Assembly: GCA_019894975.1 (NCBI GenBank)
Contig: JAGXNO010000029.1
Location: 1-46,931, forward strand
Origin: Promethearchaeota archaeon
GTDB lineage: Archaea; Asgardarchaeota; Lokiarchaeia; Sigyniarchaeales; SOKP01
DNA length: 46,931 nt
Direction of reading: 5' to 3'
Shown: one piece after another, positions 20,766 to 30,700 of the stretch
Layout: each line of letters opens with the position of its first letter
Numbering within the stretch: position 1 is the first letter of the stretch
Notes under the pieces: model-generated
Told to the model about the DNA's origin: nothing
Database searches by the model: none
What the model saw: the letters and a program-made list of their open reading frames with translations, nothing else
Position numbers and translations under genes: made by a program

Positions 20766-22121
20766 ATGCTTCGGCAAGTATATGTACTTAAAGGAAATGA
20801 AGTAATTTATAAAAGAACCTATGGGAATGCTCTAAGTAATTCCGAAGTTGAAGATCTAAGCTTTAGGATATTAAAAGAAGTATAAATTAGTCTTGGAGGG
20901 ACATCAGGACATTTCGATTTTATACAATATAGAATAGCATATAATGTTGAAATTGAAAAGAACTTAATCTTTCTTTTTGTAACCGGATTGATGGATGATT
21001 ACTATAGATTAATCAAGCCACAATTAACTAGCTTTGAAGAACAATTTTTCAATCGTGTAGGTGACGATTTAGAAAAAAAAGACTTGAGTAAGATTAATTA
21101 CACTGGAATTAATGTGATGCTTGATGAAATGCATAGAACTTTAAAACCAAAGATTGCAGTAGTAGGTTTTGCCGGTGTTGGTAAAACTACGATAAAAAAA
21201 TTAATAAAAATGGATGAAATTCCTCTTCAACACGTTCCGACGATTACAGGGGAAATAGCAACTATTAAAATTGGGAATCTTTTTTTTCGCTTATTTGATT
21301 TTGCTGGTCAGGAACAATTTAAATTTCTTTGGAAGGGATTTATTAAAGAAAGCGATGCAGTACTTGTAGTTACCGATTCTACTATGAGAAATGTTGAAAA
21401 GAGTAAATTTTTTATAACACTTATTAATGAAGAAGTCCCACACGCTCGAGCTGCCTTTATCGCTAACAAACAAGACTTGAAAGACACACTGAGTCCAGTA
21501 GAGATAGAAACTATTACAGAAGTAAAAACTTACTCTATGGTTGCTAACCATAAAGAAAATCGGAATAAAATGATTCGGATAATTGCAGATGTCTTAGATA
21601 TGAGCACAGATAATTCTCCATTACTTAAAGAATTATTTAATAGCACTGATTTATCACCAGAAACACTATTCATACCCGAGGAGTCTAGTGTTACTGAAGA
21701 AATTCTGGCACCGCAGGAAGATGAAGTACCCCAGGATCTTCATCCAAGTGGAGAAATTACAAAATATACAAATGCTCTTGATAAAATAGACCAAGTTATC
21801 TCAAGAAGTGTGGAAATAAAACCAATTATGTTTAAAAGTAACAAACCACAAGATGATGATATTAAATTTCCAATTGAAAATGCTCTAATCCCCGCTGATT
21901 TATTTGAAGAATTTATAAATGGGAACTCTTATACGTTAAATGATAAGTTAAGTGTTATATTTACTGTAATAAATTGTGCGTTTCTTACAAGAACCAATCC
22001 TGAAGATTATCCTAAATTCAGTAGTTTTTTAAGAAATTTTAAAATGGAAGTTTTTAATTCCAAGCAGATTAAAACCATTCGCAAGTACTACTCGAAAATC
22101 ATAAAACAAGCAAAATCCTGA
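20766..22121 (+). pseudogene. Longin-like domain + Arf-like small GTPase + C-terminal domain, interrupted by an in-frame TAA at 20883-20885
   Basis: G1 GFAGVGKTT, G2 PTI, G3 FDFAGQ, G4 NKQD. The frame extends 74 codons upstream of the track start (20988) to ATG 20766 (MLRQVYVLKGNEVIYKRTYG...) with a single stop. Confidence 0.7.
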
Positions 22122-22150
22122 AATTTTTTTTAAAGAGAAAGGTAACGATA

Positions 22151-24253
22151 TTATCTATTTATATATTGTACTCTGAAAGACTCAACTTTTCCATTTTTGA
22201 TTGTAACTACTCTATAAGCTCCAACGGTATCAGTATTTTTATATCCGCCTAAACCTAAGGCTGGAGTTTGTAGAATAAAAGGCCCATTTTCTTCAATGCT
22301 CTCAGCATCAGTGTAGAGCTCAGAATAAATGTCATAGAAAACTGCTGCAGGATTTTCAATTTTTTTCAAGCTGAAAGGAGGTGAGTCATAAACTGTAGTT
22401 TTTTTCTCAGAATCGTCTAATCTAAACTCTCTTAATGTGTGCGTATGCCCTGAAAGTGTAAGAGTACAATGATCTTTACAAAATTTAATGAGTTTTTCCC
22501 AATTTGATGAAACTGTTCCATATTTTACATTAAAAATGTTATCTACTCTCGCTTCAGAATTTGGATGCCCTAAATTTCTAAGTACAGATTCTTTGAAGTC
22601 TTCAATCTTCTCTTTAAGAAACCTTCCTCCCTTCTTTTCAAAAAGTTTAATACTTAATTTTTTTTCTCCGGTATTTATTGGAGGTCCGTGTAGAAACAGA
22701 AAAACGTTTGCTTCATCTTTTAATTGATGGTTTATGATGTTTTCCAAATATTTTATTTGCTTACCCCCAAGACCTGTAACTGACGGATGACCGGTAACTA
22801 AATCCCTAATGTTTTTAAAAGAATCGGATCCGGTATTCAAAAAAATCAAATTATTGTTTCCTAAAGTTAGTGAAAAATTAAAGGAAGGGTTTATATCAGT
22901 TAAATAACCCTTTAACGCCTGGGTAGTTTTAACTAATGCTGTTATTGGAGAAGCAGAAAGCAATTGATTTAAGGCAACAGCTTCTGCTGCGTTTAATCCA
23001 ATTTTTTTATACATTTCACCCCATGTTAAATCATAATGATATGGCCTATAATCATGATTTCCAATAGTTGTAAAAATAGGACATAATAACTCTTCCCCCC
23101 TAGTTACACCTTTGTAATGTTTTTGATTTTTGGAGTTAAGTAAAATATCTTTAAATATTTTCCAATTACTCTCTTCATACTTAAATTCATTTATTTTACG
23201 AACTTTTCTCGATAATTGACTTAGAACTGTATAGTCTACAAGATCTCCTGTAAGAACAATAAAATCAATCTCATTTTCAAAAACTTTTCTGTTAATTATT
23301 TTTATAAATTTCCTGAATTGATTATTTGGATTTATTAAGCGTTTTCTTAAAGGTGTCTTAATTTCTGCTAATACTTTTTCTCTATTATCTGTTTTTTTAA
23401 GCTTAAACTTTTTCAGAATTGTATTAAAGAAATCATCCACACCTTTTATGACTGAAGTTTCGGTCCATTTTTTAACAATGTTATATATCCTATCGTTTCT
23501 TTCTGCTAAATGTAAATCTGTGGCATGTACAAACACAAAATTATTCCAATCATTTTTAGAGATAACAATCGAGTGGTAATTTATTCTATTTTTTAAGGAT
23601 ATTAAGTCAAACATCACAAAAGATCGTTCTCTTAAGAAATTTCGCACTTCTCTACTGATTGTGAATCTAATAGTCACTAGATAAAATTTAGTAAGATTCC
23701 CAAAAAAGTTGTATTTTAATAAATAATCTTGGGGAGTTAATCCTTCTAAATATGAAACATGAGTAATTGGAATTGTGGGAACTTCTTTAATATCAATAAT
23801 TGAAAGAGAAAGTGAATCTCCTCTATATGAATGACCTCTTAGTTTTTTCAGCATATAACCAACGTCATCTACAATAAAATCATAGTCTTCATCGGTTTCT
23901 TTTAATTCGTTAGCTATTATTTTTTGCTTTCTTTTTTTAATTTTAATTTTCCGCCTTCTTGCCCAAAAACCCTCGGGTTTATCTTGTTTATACTCTTTCT
24001 TCTTTAACTCAAAAATTTCCCTAAATTTCCACTTGTAATCTAATACAGGAACTAGTTTTATTTCTCCCTTGATATTTTTCCTAAATTCATTAGGATCCAA
24101 TAAATTACTTATAAAAAGAAGCTCAGTTTGAAATTCCTTCTTTTTCAATTTGCGATCTATATTTAAAAATATAGGACGCCCTAAATTAGGGTTAACTATT
24201 ATTGATTGGACTGGTTTTTCTTTTTTCTCTAAACTCAATTGTTCTAAACTCAT
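22151..24253 (-). CDS. Large calcineurin-like metallophosphoesterase
   Basis: TDLH, GDLVD, GNHD, LHGPP and GHTH motifs; basic N-terminal extension. Confidence 0.88.
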   Translation of the reverse strand: MSLEQLSLEKKEKPVQSIIVNPNLGRPIFLNIDRKLKKKEFQTELLFISNLLDPNEFRKNIKGEIKLVPVLDYKWKFREIFELKKKEYKQDKPEGFWARRRKIKIKKRKQKIIANELKETDEDYDFIVDDVGYMLKKLRGHSYRGDSLSLSIIDIKEVPTIPITHVSYLEGLTPQDYLLKYNFFGNLTKFYLVTIRFTISREVRNFLRERSFVMFDLISLKNRINYHSIVISKNDWNNFVFVHATDLHLAERNDRIYNIVKKWTETSVIKGVDDFFNTILKKFKLKKTDNREKVLAEIKTPLRKRLINPNNQFRKFIKIINRKVFENEIDFIVLTGDLVDYTVLSQLSRKVRKINEFKYEESNWKIFKDILLNSKNQKHYKGVTRGEELLCPIFTTIGNHDYRPYHYDLTWGEMYKKIGLNAAEAVALNQLLSASPITALVKTTQALKGYLTDINPSFNFSLTLGNNNLIFLNTGSDSFKNIRDLVTGHPSVTGLGGKQIKYLENIINHQLKDEANVFLFLHGPPINTGEKKLSIKLFEKKGGRFLKEKIEDFKESVLRNLGHPNSEARVDNIFNVKYGTVSSNWEKLIKFCKDHCTLTLSGHTHTLREFRLDDSEKKTTVYDSPPFSLKKIENPAAVFYDIYSELYTDAESIEENGPFILQTPALGLGGYKNTDTVGAYRVVTIKNGKVESFRVQYINR

Positions 24254-24392
24254 TTATTGGTTTTCTTTATTTTGGAAAATAGGCTTTTCTGTATATAAAT
24301 AACTAACTAATCGTTATTTAAAAGTGTATTTTTCTGTAAATAACAAGGTATAGGGATTTATTAAATTCTTTAATCTAAAGCCAATAAGTCTC

Positions 24393-24656
24393 TTATTCTG
24401 AGCTAAGGTTTATAAATATGATATTATCTCCACGAATAACAATTGAACCAAGATCTTCATGCTCTTCCCTGATGTTACCATCCTCGTCTTGATATTCGAA
24501 GATTTGTTCAGCATTTTCAATAAAAATATTTAAGTGTTCATCGAATGATCTAAGTAAAGCACGAAATAAACGGTTACGCTTAACTTTTATAAGGATGATC
24601 TTATCAATCGAATCTTTTAAATAATCAATGGGTCTATTTGATGTTCTTCTTTCCAT
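24393..24656 (-). CDS. Sm-like (Lsm) RNA-binding protein
   Basis: RPIDYL, SFDEHLNIFIENAE (Sm1), IVIRGDNII (Sm2); ATG 24656 preferred. Confidence 0.92.
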   Translation of the reverse strand: MERRTSNRPIDYLKDSIDKIILIKVKRNRLFRALLRSFDEHLNIFIENAEQIFEYQDEDGNIREEHEDLGSIVIRGDNIIFINLSSE

Positions 24657-24781
24657 TTTTAAAAAACTCAAGAAAACAATTCTTAATATAAAAAACTTTT
24701 ATAATGTTAATTATAACCTTATTAATTAAAACCTTTTGATTATTTTTATAAGTGTATACATAAAAACCCACATAAATATCT

Positions 24782-24946
24782 ATGATAAAATTGTCTGAAG
24801 AAGAACCTAGTGAACAGAAAACAGTAATATGTTGTGTAATGAACTGTCAAAGAGAAATTCCTATTGAAAAAGCAATCAAAATAAAGGATAAATTTTTTTG
24901 TCCCATCTGTGGTGTGGCGTATTATAGAAGTAGTCTAAATTTATAG
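24782..24946 (+). CDS. Small four-Cys zinc-binding protein (LIM/treble-clef-like)
   Basis: Manual translation MIKLSEEEPSEQKTVICCVMNCQREIPIEKAIKIKDKFFCPICGVAYYRSSLNL* (54 aa, alternative TTG start 24791); below the track cutoff. Confidence 0.75.
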   Translation: MIKLSEEEPSEQKTVICCVMNCQREIPIEKAIKIKDKFFCPICGVAYYRSSLNL

Positions 24947-24955
24947 GTTATTATT

Positions 24956-25060
24956 AGGCCCGTGGCCTAGTCTGGATGGGGCGGCAGCCTCCTAAGCTGA
25001 AGATCGTTTGTTCAGGCAACTTACGATCAGAAATCGGGGGTTCAATTCCCCCCGGGCCTG
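24956..25060 (+). tRNA. tRNA-Arg(CCT) with a 30-nt intron (25003-25032) at position 45/46
   Basis: Acceptor AGGCCCG/CGGGCCT+G, D arm GCCT..GGGC, anticodon CCT at 24991-24993, T arm GGGGG-TTCAATT-CCCCC; bulge-helix-bulge with central helix CTGA/TCAG. Confidence 0.92.
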
Positions 25061-25212
25061 TTTTACCATTATATTAAATCTTAATATCATAGTTTCGCTT
25101 TTTTGAGTACGATTGGGTTTTAAGTACATACCGAACTCCCCTTCTAAATAGAAAATGTATAAATAAGTATTCAACATAAACATATACTGCTAAAATAATA
25201 GAGGTGAAAAAT

Positions 25213-26943
25213 TTGCCAAAAAGAATATTAAGAGTAGATATGACTAAATTGGAAGCTAAGTTTGAAGATTTACCTGCAGATTATGCTGCTTTAGGTGGTC
25301 GAGGTATGACCTCAACAATAGTTTCGAAAGAAGTTCCTGCTACCTGCAATCCATTAGGGATCCATAATAAGCTTGTTTTTGCTCCAGGATTGGTGACAGG
25401 TACTAAAGCTCCAACTTCAGGGCGTTTATCTGTTGGGGGTAAGTCCCCACTAACAGGAGGGATTAAAGAAGCTAATGCTGGAACCAATTTTGCACAGAAA
25501 CTTGCAAGAATGCGTATCGGAGCATTAATTGTTGAAGGAAAACATAAAGGAGACGATTATTATCTTTTAAAGGTTACTAACGATGGGGCTGAATTTATCG
25601 ATGCTAATAAATGGGTTGGTAAGGGACTCTATAGTACTTACAAGGAGCTTTTTAAAGAATTTGGAGATAAAGTTGGTATTAGCGCTGTTGGAATCTCAGC
25701 AGAGATATTGGGTGCGATGTCAGGAATTTGTTTCAACGATCCTGAGGGATTACCAAGTAGATATGCAGGAAGAGGAGGTCTCGGTGCTGTAATGGCATCT
25801 AAAGGGTTAAAATTTATTATACTTGATGAAACAGGTGCACCTGGTGTTGAAATAGCCAATCAAGAAGTATTTTCTCAAGGGATTAAAAAACTTGGAGATG
25901 CACTTAAAGAACATCCTGTTACACAACCTAAAGGAGGTCTTAACTCTTACGGTACTAGTGTTTTAGTAAATATCATAAATGAAGCTGGTGGACTACCTCA
26001 TAGAAATTTTTCGAGAGGTCAAGATGAAAGAGCTGAAAGAATTTCTGGTGAAGCTAAAGCCGAAGAAATCAAGAAGAGAGGTGGAGTACGGCCTCATTTC
26101 TGCAGTCCTGGTTGTGTAATACAGTGCTCTGAAGTATGGACAAAACCTGGTGGTAAAGATCCTGTTGGAGTTTTGGAATATGAATCTGTATGGGCATTAG
26201 GTGCAAATTGCGAGATTTATGACTTAGATACTATTGGTGAATTAAACAGGGCTTGCAATGATTTAGGTGTAGATACAATTGAAGCAGGTGATACTATTGC
26301 TGTAGCTATGGAAGGAGGTTTGGCTAACTTTGGGGATGGTAAAGCAGCTTTAAAACTTCTGGATGAAATTCGCAAGAAAACACCAACCGGACGAATTTTA
26401 GCTCAAGGAACCGAAATTACTGGTAAAGTACTAGGTGTGACCAGAATTCCGACTTGTAAGGGACAAGGATTTCCTGCTTATGATCCGCGTGCTATTAAAG
26501 GTATTGGAGTCACATATGCGACTACTCCGATGGGTGCTGACCATACAGCCGGATATGCGATTGCTCCGGAAATTATGGGTGTAGGTGGTAAAGTAGATCC
26601 TCGAGATCCTAAGAAAGCGGAGGTTTCCCGTAATCTACAAATAGCCACAGCAGCTCTCGATGCAACAGGGTATTGTTTATTCGTAGCATTTGCAATTTTA
26701 GATATCCCTTCAGGATTAGAAGGTATTGTTGAATCATTGAATGGTGTTTTAGGTGCAAATTTGACAGTAGCTGACGTTCCTATAATTGGTAAGCAAATTC
26801 TCGATATAGAATTAGATTTTAATAAAAGAGCCGGATTTACAGCACTTGACGATAGGCTTCCGGAGTTCCTTATGGAGGAGAAACTTCCACCTTTTGATGA
26901 AGTTTTCAATGTAACTGATGATGAATTAGATAGCGTGTTTTAA
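25213..26943 (+). CDS. aor: Aldehyde:ferredoxin oxidoreductase family protein (second paralogue)
   Basis: KSPLTGGIKEAN, AGRGGLGAVM, CSPGCVIQC, LEYES, AYDPR, GADHT. The GTG at 25204 lies within the GAGGTG SD, so TTG 25213 is preferred. Confidence 0.92.
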   Translation: MPKRILRVDMTKLEAKFEDLPADYAALGGRGMTSTIVSKEVPATCNPLGIHNKLVFAPGLVTGTKAPTSGRLSVGGKSPLTGGIKEANAGTNFAQKLARMRIGALIVEGKHKGDDYYLLKVTNDGAEFIDANKWVGKGLYSTYKELFKEFGDKVGISAVGISAEILGAMSGICFNDPEGLPSRYAGRGGLGAVMASKGLKFIILDETGAPGVEIANQEVFSQGIKKLGDALKEHPVTQPKGGLNSYGTSVLVNIINEAGGLPHRNFSRGQDERAERISGEAKAEEIKKRGGVRPHFCSPGCVIQCSEVWTKPGGKDPVGVLEYESVWALGANCEIYDLDTIGELNRACNDLGVDTIEAGDTIAVAMEGGLANFGDGKAALKLLDEIRKKTPTGRILAQGTEITGKVLGVTRIPTCKGQGFPAYDPRAIKGIGVTYATTPMGADHTAGYAIAPEIMGVGGKVDPRDPKKAEVSRNLQIATAALDATGYCLFVAFAILDIPSGLEGIVESLNGVLGANLTVADVPIIGKQILDIELDFNKRAGFTALDDRLPEFLMEEKLPPFDEVFNVTDDELDSVF

Positions 26944-26963
26944 AATATAAAAATTTTATAAAT

Positions 26964-27248
26964 ATGTCGATTCGAGTAAAACTTTTCGGAGATTTAAGGA
27001 AAAAACTAGAACCAGATATTAAAGGAACCATGTCATTAAAGTTTAACATTGATGATGATGGGATCGATAGGATTTCTGATATTTTCAAAAAATATAGCAT
27101 TGAAGCACATGAAGTTATCCATATTTTTGTGAATGGCAGATACTCAGGTCTTACAAAAAAAGTAAAAAGTGGAGATATTGTATCGATATTCCCAAGAAAT
27201 ATGGCTGTATTATATAAATGGTATTTCAATAGAGAAGAAGATGAATAG
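26964..27248 (+). CDS. MoaD/ThiS-like ubiquitin-fold protein lacking the C-terminal diglycine
   Basis: IRVKLFGDLR...IFVNG...VKSGDIVSIFP, then RNMAVLYKWYFNREEDE instead of PxxGG. Confidence 0.8.
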   Translation: MSIRVKLFGDLRKKLEPDIKGTMSLKFNIDDDGIDRISDIFKKYSIEAHEVIHIFVNGRYSGLTKKVKSGDIVSIFPRNMAVLYKWYFNREEDE

Positions 27249-27486
27249 TAATAATATTGAGGTTACTGTTAAATTTTTTGCGATGTTGAGAGAATACGGA
27301 CCGGCAAAAGAGACAATTACCATTCCTAAGGATAGCACCATTGAAGTATTATTTAAGAGATATCAAATTCCCAGGGAAGCATGGCAAACAATTATTATCA
27401 TCAATGGGATACCACATAAGAACCTTGAAACCGTTCTTAACAATGAAGATATTGTTTCAATTTTTCCACCAATAGGAGGGGGTTAA
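27241..27486 (+). CDS. MoaD/ThiS/SAMP sulfur-carrier protein
   Basis: VTVKFFAMLRE...IIING...EDIVSIFPPIGGG; ATG 27241 overlaps the upstream stop. Confidence 0.9.
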   Translation: MNSNNIEVTVKFFAMLREYGPAKETITIPKDSTIEVLFKRYQIPREAWQTIIIINGIPHKNLETVLNNEDIVSIFPPIGGG

Positions 27487-27784
27487 TCCCTCTTAAAACT
27501 AAATTTCTTTTTTTTAAATTATTTTCATTATAAAATATAACTAATTCTCATTCGAATTTGTTAGTTTAGATGAGTTCAGAAGTAATGAATTCATGAGATT
27601 GATGTATTATCATACTGTAGATCCCAAATAGTTTAAATATTCCTAATTTTACTATTTATTCATTCTAGAACCATGACCGAATAAGTGTTTTTTATACAAT
27701 ATTAGATGAAACCTAAAATAAAGATTACAATACTACTTATTAAGAACAAGAAGAAAATCACAAAGGTGTAGTGATTGTTTAATT

Positions 27785-30700
27785 ATGGATCCGATAGAAA
27801 AGAAACTTAAAGAATCAGAAGAGAAGTATAGAACACTTACAGAGCAATCTTTCCTAGGAATTGCGATTTTACAAGATGATATAATTCAATATGTAAATAA
27901 ACAACTTGGTTATACCGTTGGTTATACTGTAGAAGAAATCATGGCATGGGAAAAAGGAGGTTTTCTTAATTTTATATATCCTGAGGATAGAAAATTTATT
28001 GCCAAGCAAGCTAGAAAAAAACAATTGGGTGAATCAGATGTTATTGACCAATATCAATTTCGAGGGATAAGGAAAAATGGAGATATGATCTGGTTAGAAG
28101 TATTCTCAAAAACTATCACTTATAAAGGAAAACCAGCTGATTTTGTTACAATCCATGATATAACTGATAAGAAAATAGCTGAAAAAAAAATTAATGAATC
28201 TGAAGAAAAATATCGTTCTCTATTTGAAAATATGAACTTCGGGTTCGCATATCATAAGATAATTGTAAACGAAAAAAATAAGCCAATAGATTACGAATAT
28301 ATTGAGGTCAATCCTGCTTTTGAGAAACTAACAGGTTTAAATGCGAAGGATATGATTGGAAGGAAAGTAACAGAAATATTACCTGGAACTGAAAATGATC
28401 CTGCCGATTGGATCGGTAAATTTGGCAGTGTAGCACTCACAGGTGTCCCACTAATAGTTGAAGACTATTCAGAAGCTTTAGATCGATGGTATAAAGTTGC
28501 AGGATACTCTCCAGAAAAAGGATATTTTGTTGTTACTTTTACAGAGATCACTGAACAAAAAAAAGCAGAGATAAAAATTGCAGAATCTGAAGAGAAATAT
28601 CGTAGCTTATTTAATAACTCGCCATTCGCGATAATCCTTTTCACAGGTGAAGGAACTATTCTTGATTGTAATGATGCTACTGAATTCGTTACGGGTTATT
28701 CCAAACAGGATCTAATTGGTAATAATTTTAGAGATTTCAACTTTTATGTTGATATAAAAGATGCTGGAATTGAAAAAAGAGAGAGCAAGGTTAAAAATGG
28801 AAAGAAGCCAGGTGTGAGAGAGATAATGTTGTTCAAAAAAGATGGGAGTCAATTTTATGCTAGGAGCCAAATTGAACTTATTAAACTAAAGGAGGAAACT
28901 TGTATTCAAGCTATTATTCATGATATTACAGAGCAGAAAAAAGTAGAAAAACAAATTTCAGATTTAGCAAAATTCCCATCAGAAAATCCAAATCCCGTAT
29001 TACGAGTGAATAAAGAAAATATAATTTATATCAATAAAGCGGGTCGAATTTTGTTTGATCTAACCGAGGGTGATAAGAGCCCACAAGTTTTAGGAGAAAT
29101 AATAATTAATGCATTTGATGAGAATAGAACGAAAATTTGGGAGGGTGAAATTGAAGATGAATATTACTCATTTACCATAACCCCGATTATACAAGAAGGA
29201 TATGTAAACATCTATGGTCGAAATATTACAGAGAGAAAGAAATCTGAGATTGCTCTTAATTTGGAGAAGGTGTTTGTTGATGATATACTTAATTCTTCAA
29301 TGGATACGATTTTTGTATTTGATCCTGCATCTGGAAAAGCTATTAGGTGGAATAAAGTTTTTAATGATGTTACTGGGTATAGTAATGAGGAGATATCCTC
29401 TTTAAAAGCCCCATATTCATATTATTCTGAAGAAGATTTAAAACTGGCGTCAGAAGCAACTAAAAATATAATGAAGGATGGAAAGTCTATAGTTGAAATG
29501 TCTTTAATTACTAAAAATGGTCGTAAAATTTCTTATGAATATACAGGAACGGTTTTAGAAGACTCAGAGGGAAATGTGTTAATTGTTTCTGTTGGTAGAG
29601 ATCTTACTGAAAGGAAAGAAGCAGAGAAAGAAATTCAATATCAAGCTAGCTTGGTTGAAAATGTAAATGATGCCATCCTTTCACTTGATCTAGATTTTAA
29701 GATTCAAAGTTGGAATAAAGCTGCTGAAAAAATCTATGGGTGGGAAGAAAAGGAGGTTATTGATAAGTATCTTAACGAAATCGTCCCTATTGATTTCCCT
29801 AATGAAGATAATGAAAAAGTTGTAAAACAATTTTTTGAGGATGGATTTTGGAGAGGTGAAGGAATCCAATATCATAAAGATGGAACTAGATTAAATATAT
29901 TATCATCATCCACGTTTCTTACTGATGACGATGGTAAACGCACGGGTATCGTCACAATTAACCATGATAATACTGAATATAAAAAAGCAGAAGAGAAATT
30001 AAGAGAATCTGAAGCTAAATTCCGTGGAATTTTCGAAACAATTCCTGATATATTTTTTCTAATGTCTAATGACGGGACAATTTTAGATTATAAAGGAACT
30101 ATAGAGGAATTATATGTCCCCCCAGAAGAATTTCTTGGTAAAAAAATTTTTGAAGTTTTACCCAAAAGTATTTCTGAACTCAGCTTAACCATGCTAAATA
30201 AGACAATTAAAACTCATGAACCTCAAACAATAGAATACAATTTAGACATTCAAGGTGAAATCCATTTCTATGAAGCTCGACACCTTTATTTTCCTGAAGA
30301 TAGAGTTTTGGTTTTTATCCGAGACATAACTGAACGGAGGAAAGCAGAAGAAAAATTATTGATTTCGGAAAAAAAATATAGAGAAGCATTTGATCGTGCT
30401 AATTTTTATAAAGATCTCTTTAGTCATGATATAAATAATATACTTCAAGTGGTGAATTCGTCAGCAGAATTAATTGCATATCAGTTGGGTGATTCAGAAA
30501 AATCTCAAGATATAGCAAATATTGCAGAAATCATTAAAAAGCAAGTAGAGCGTGGCTCAAAACTAGTCAATAATGTTCGAACTCTTTCTAGGCTAGATGA
30601 AGAGGAAATTCCAATAAAAACAATAGATATTTCCGGTTTTTTAGAAAATTCAATTAATTTTGTAGGTAAAGCGTATGAAGAAAGAAATGTAAAGATTACA

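Noticed and set aside
20883-20885. Selenocysteine or pyrrolysine recoding of the internal stop
   Set aside because: The codon is TAA, not TGA or TAG; no in-frame TGA at a catalytic Cys position was noticed elsewhere
24992-25183. 63-aa minus-strand ORF
   Set aside because: It overlaps the tRNA-Arg gene antisense
27169-27240. N-terminal extension of the second MoaD in the track
   Set aside because: It lies within the upstream gene; the fold starts after ATG 27241
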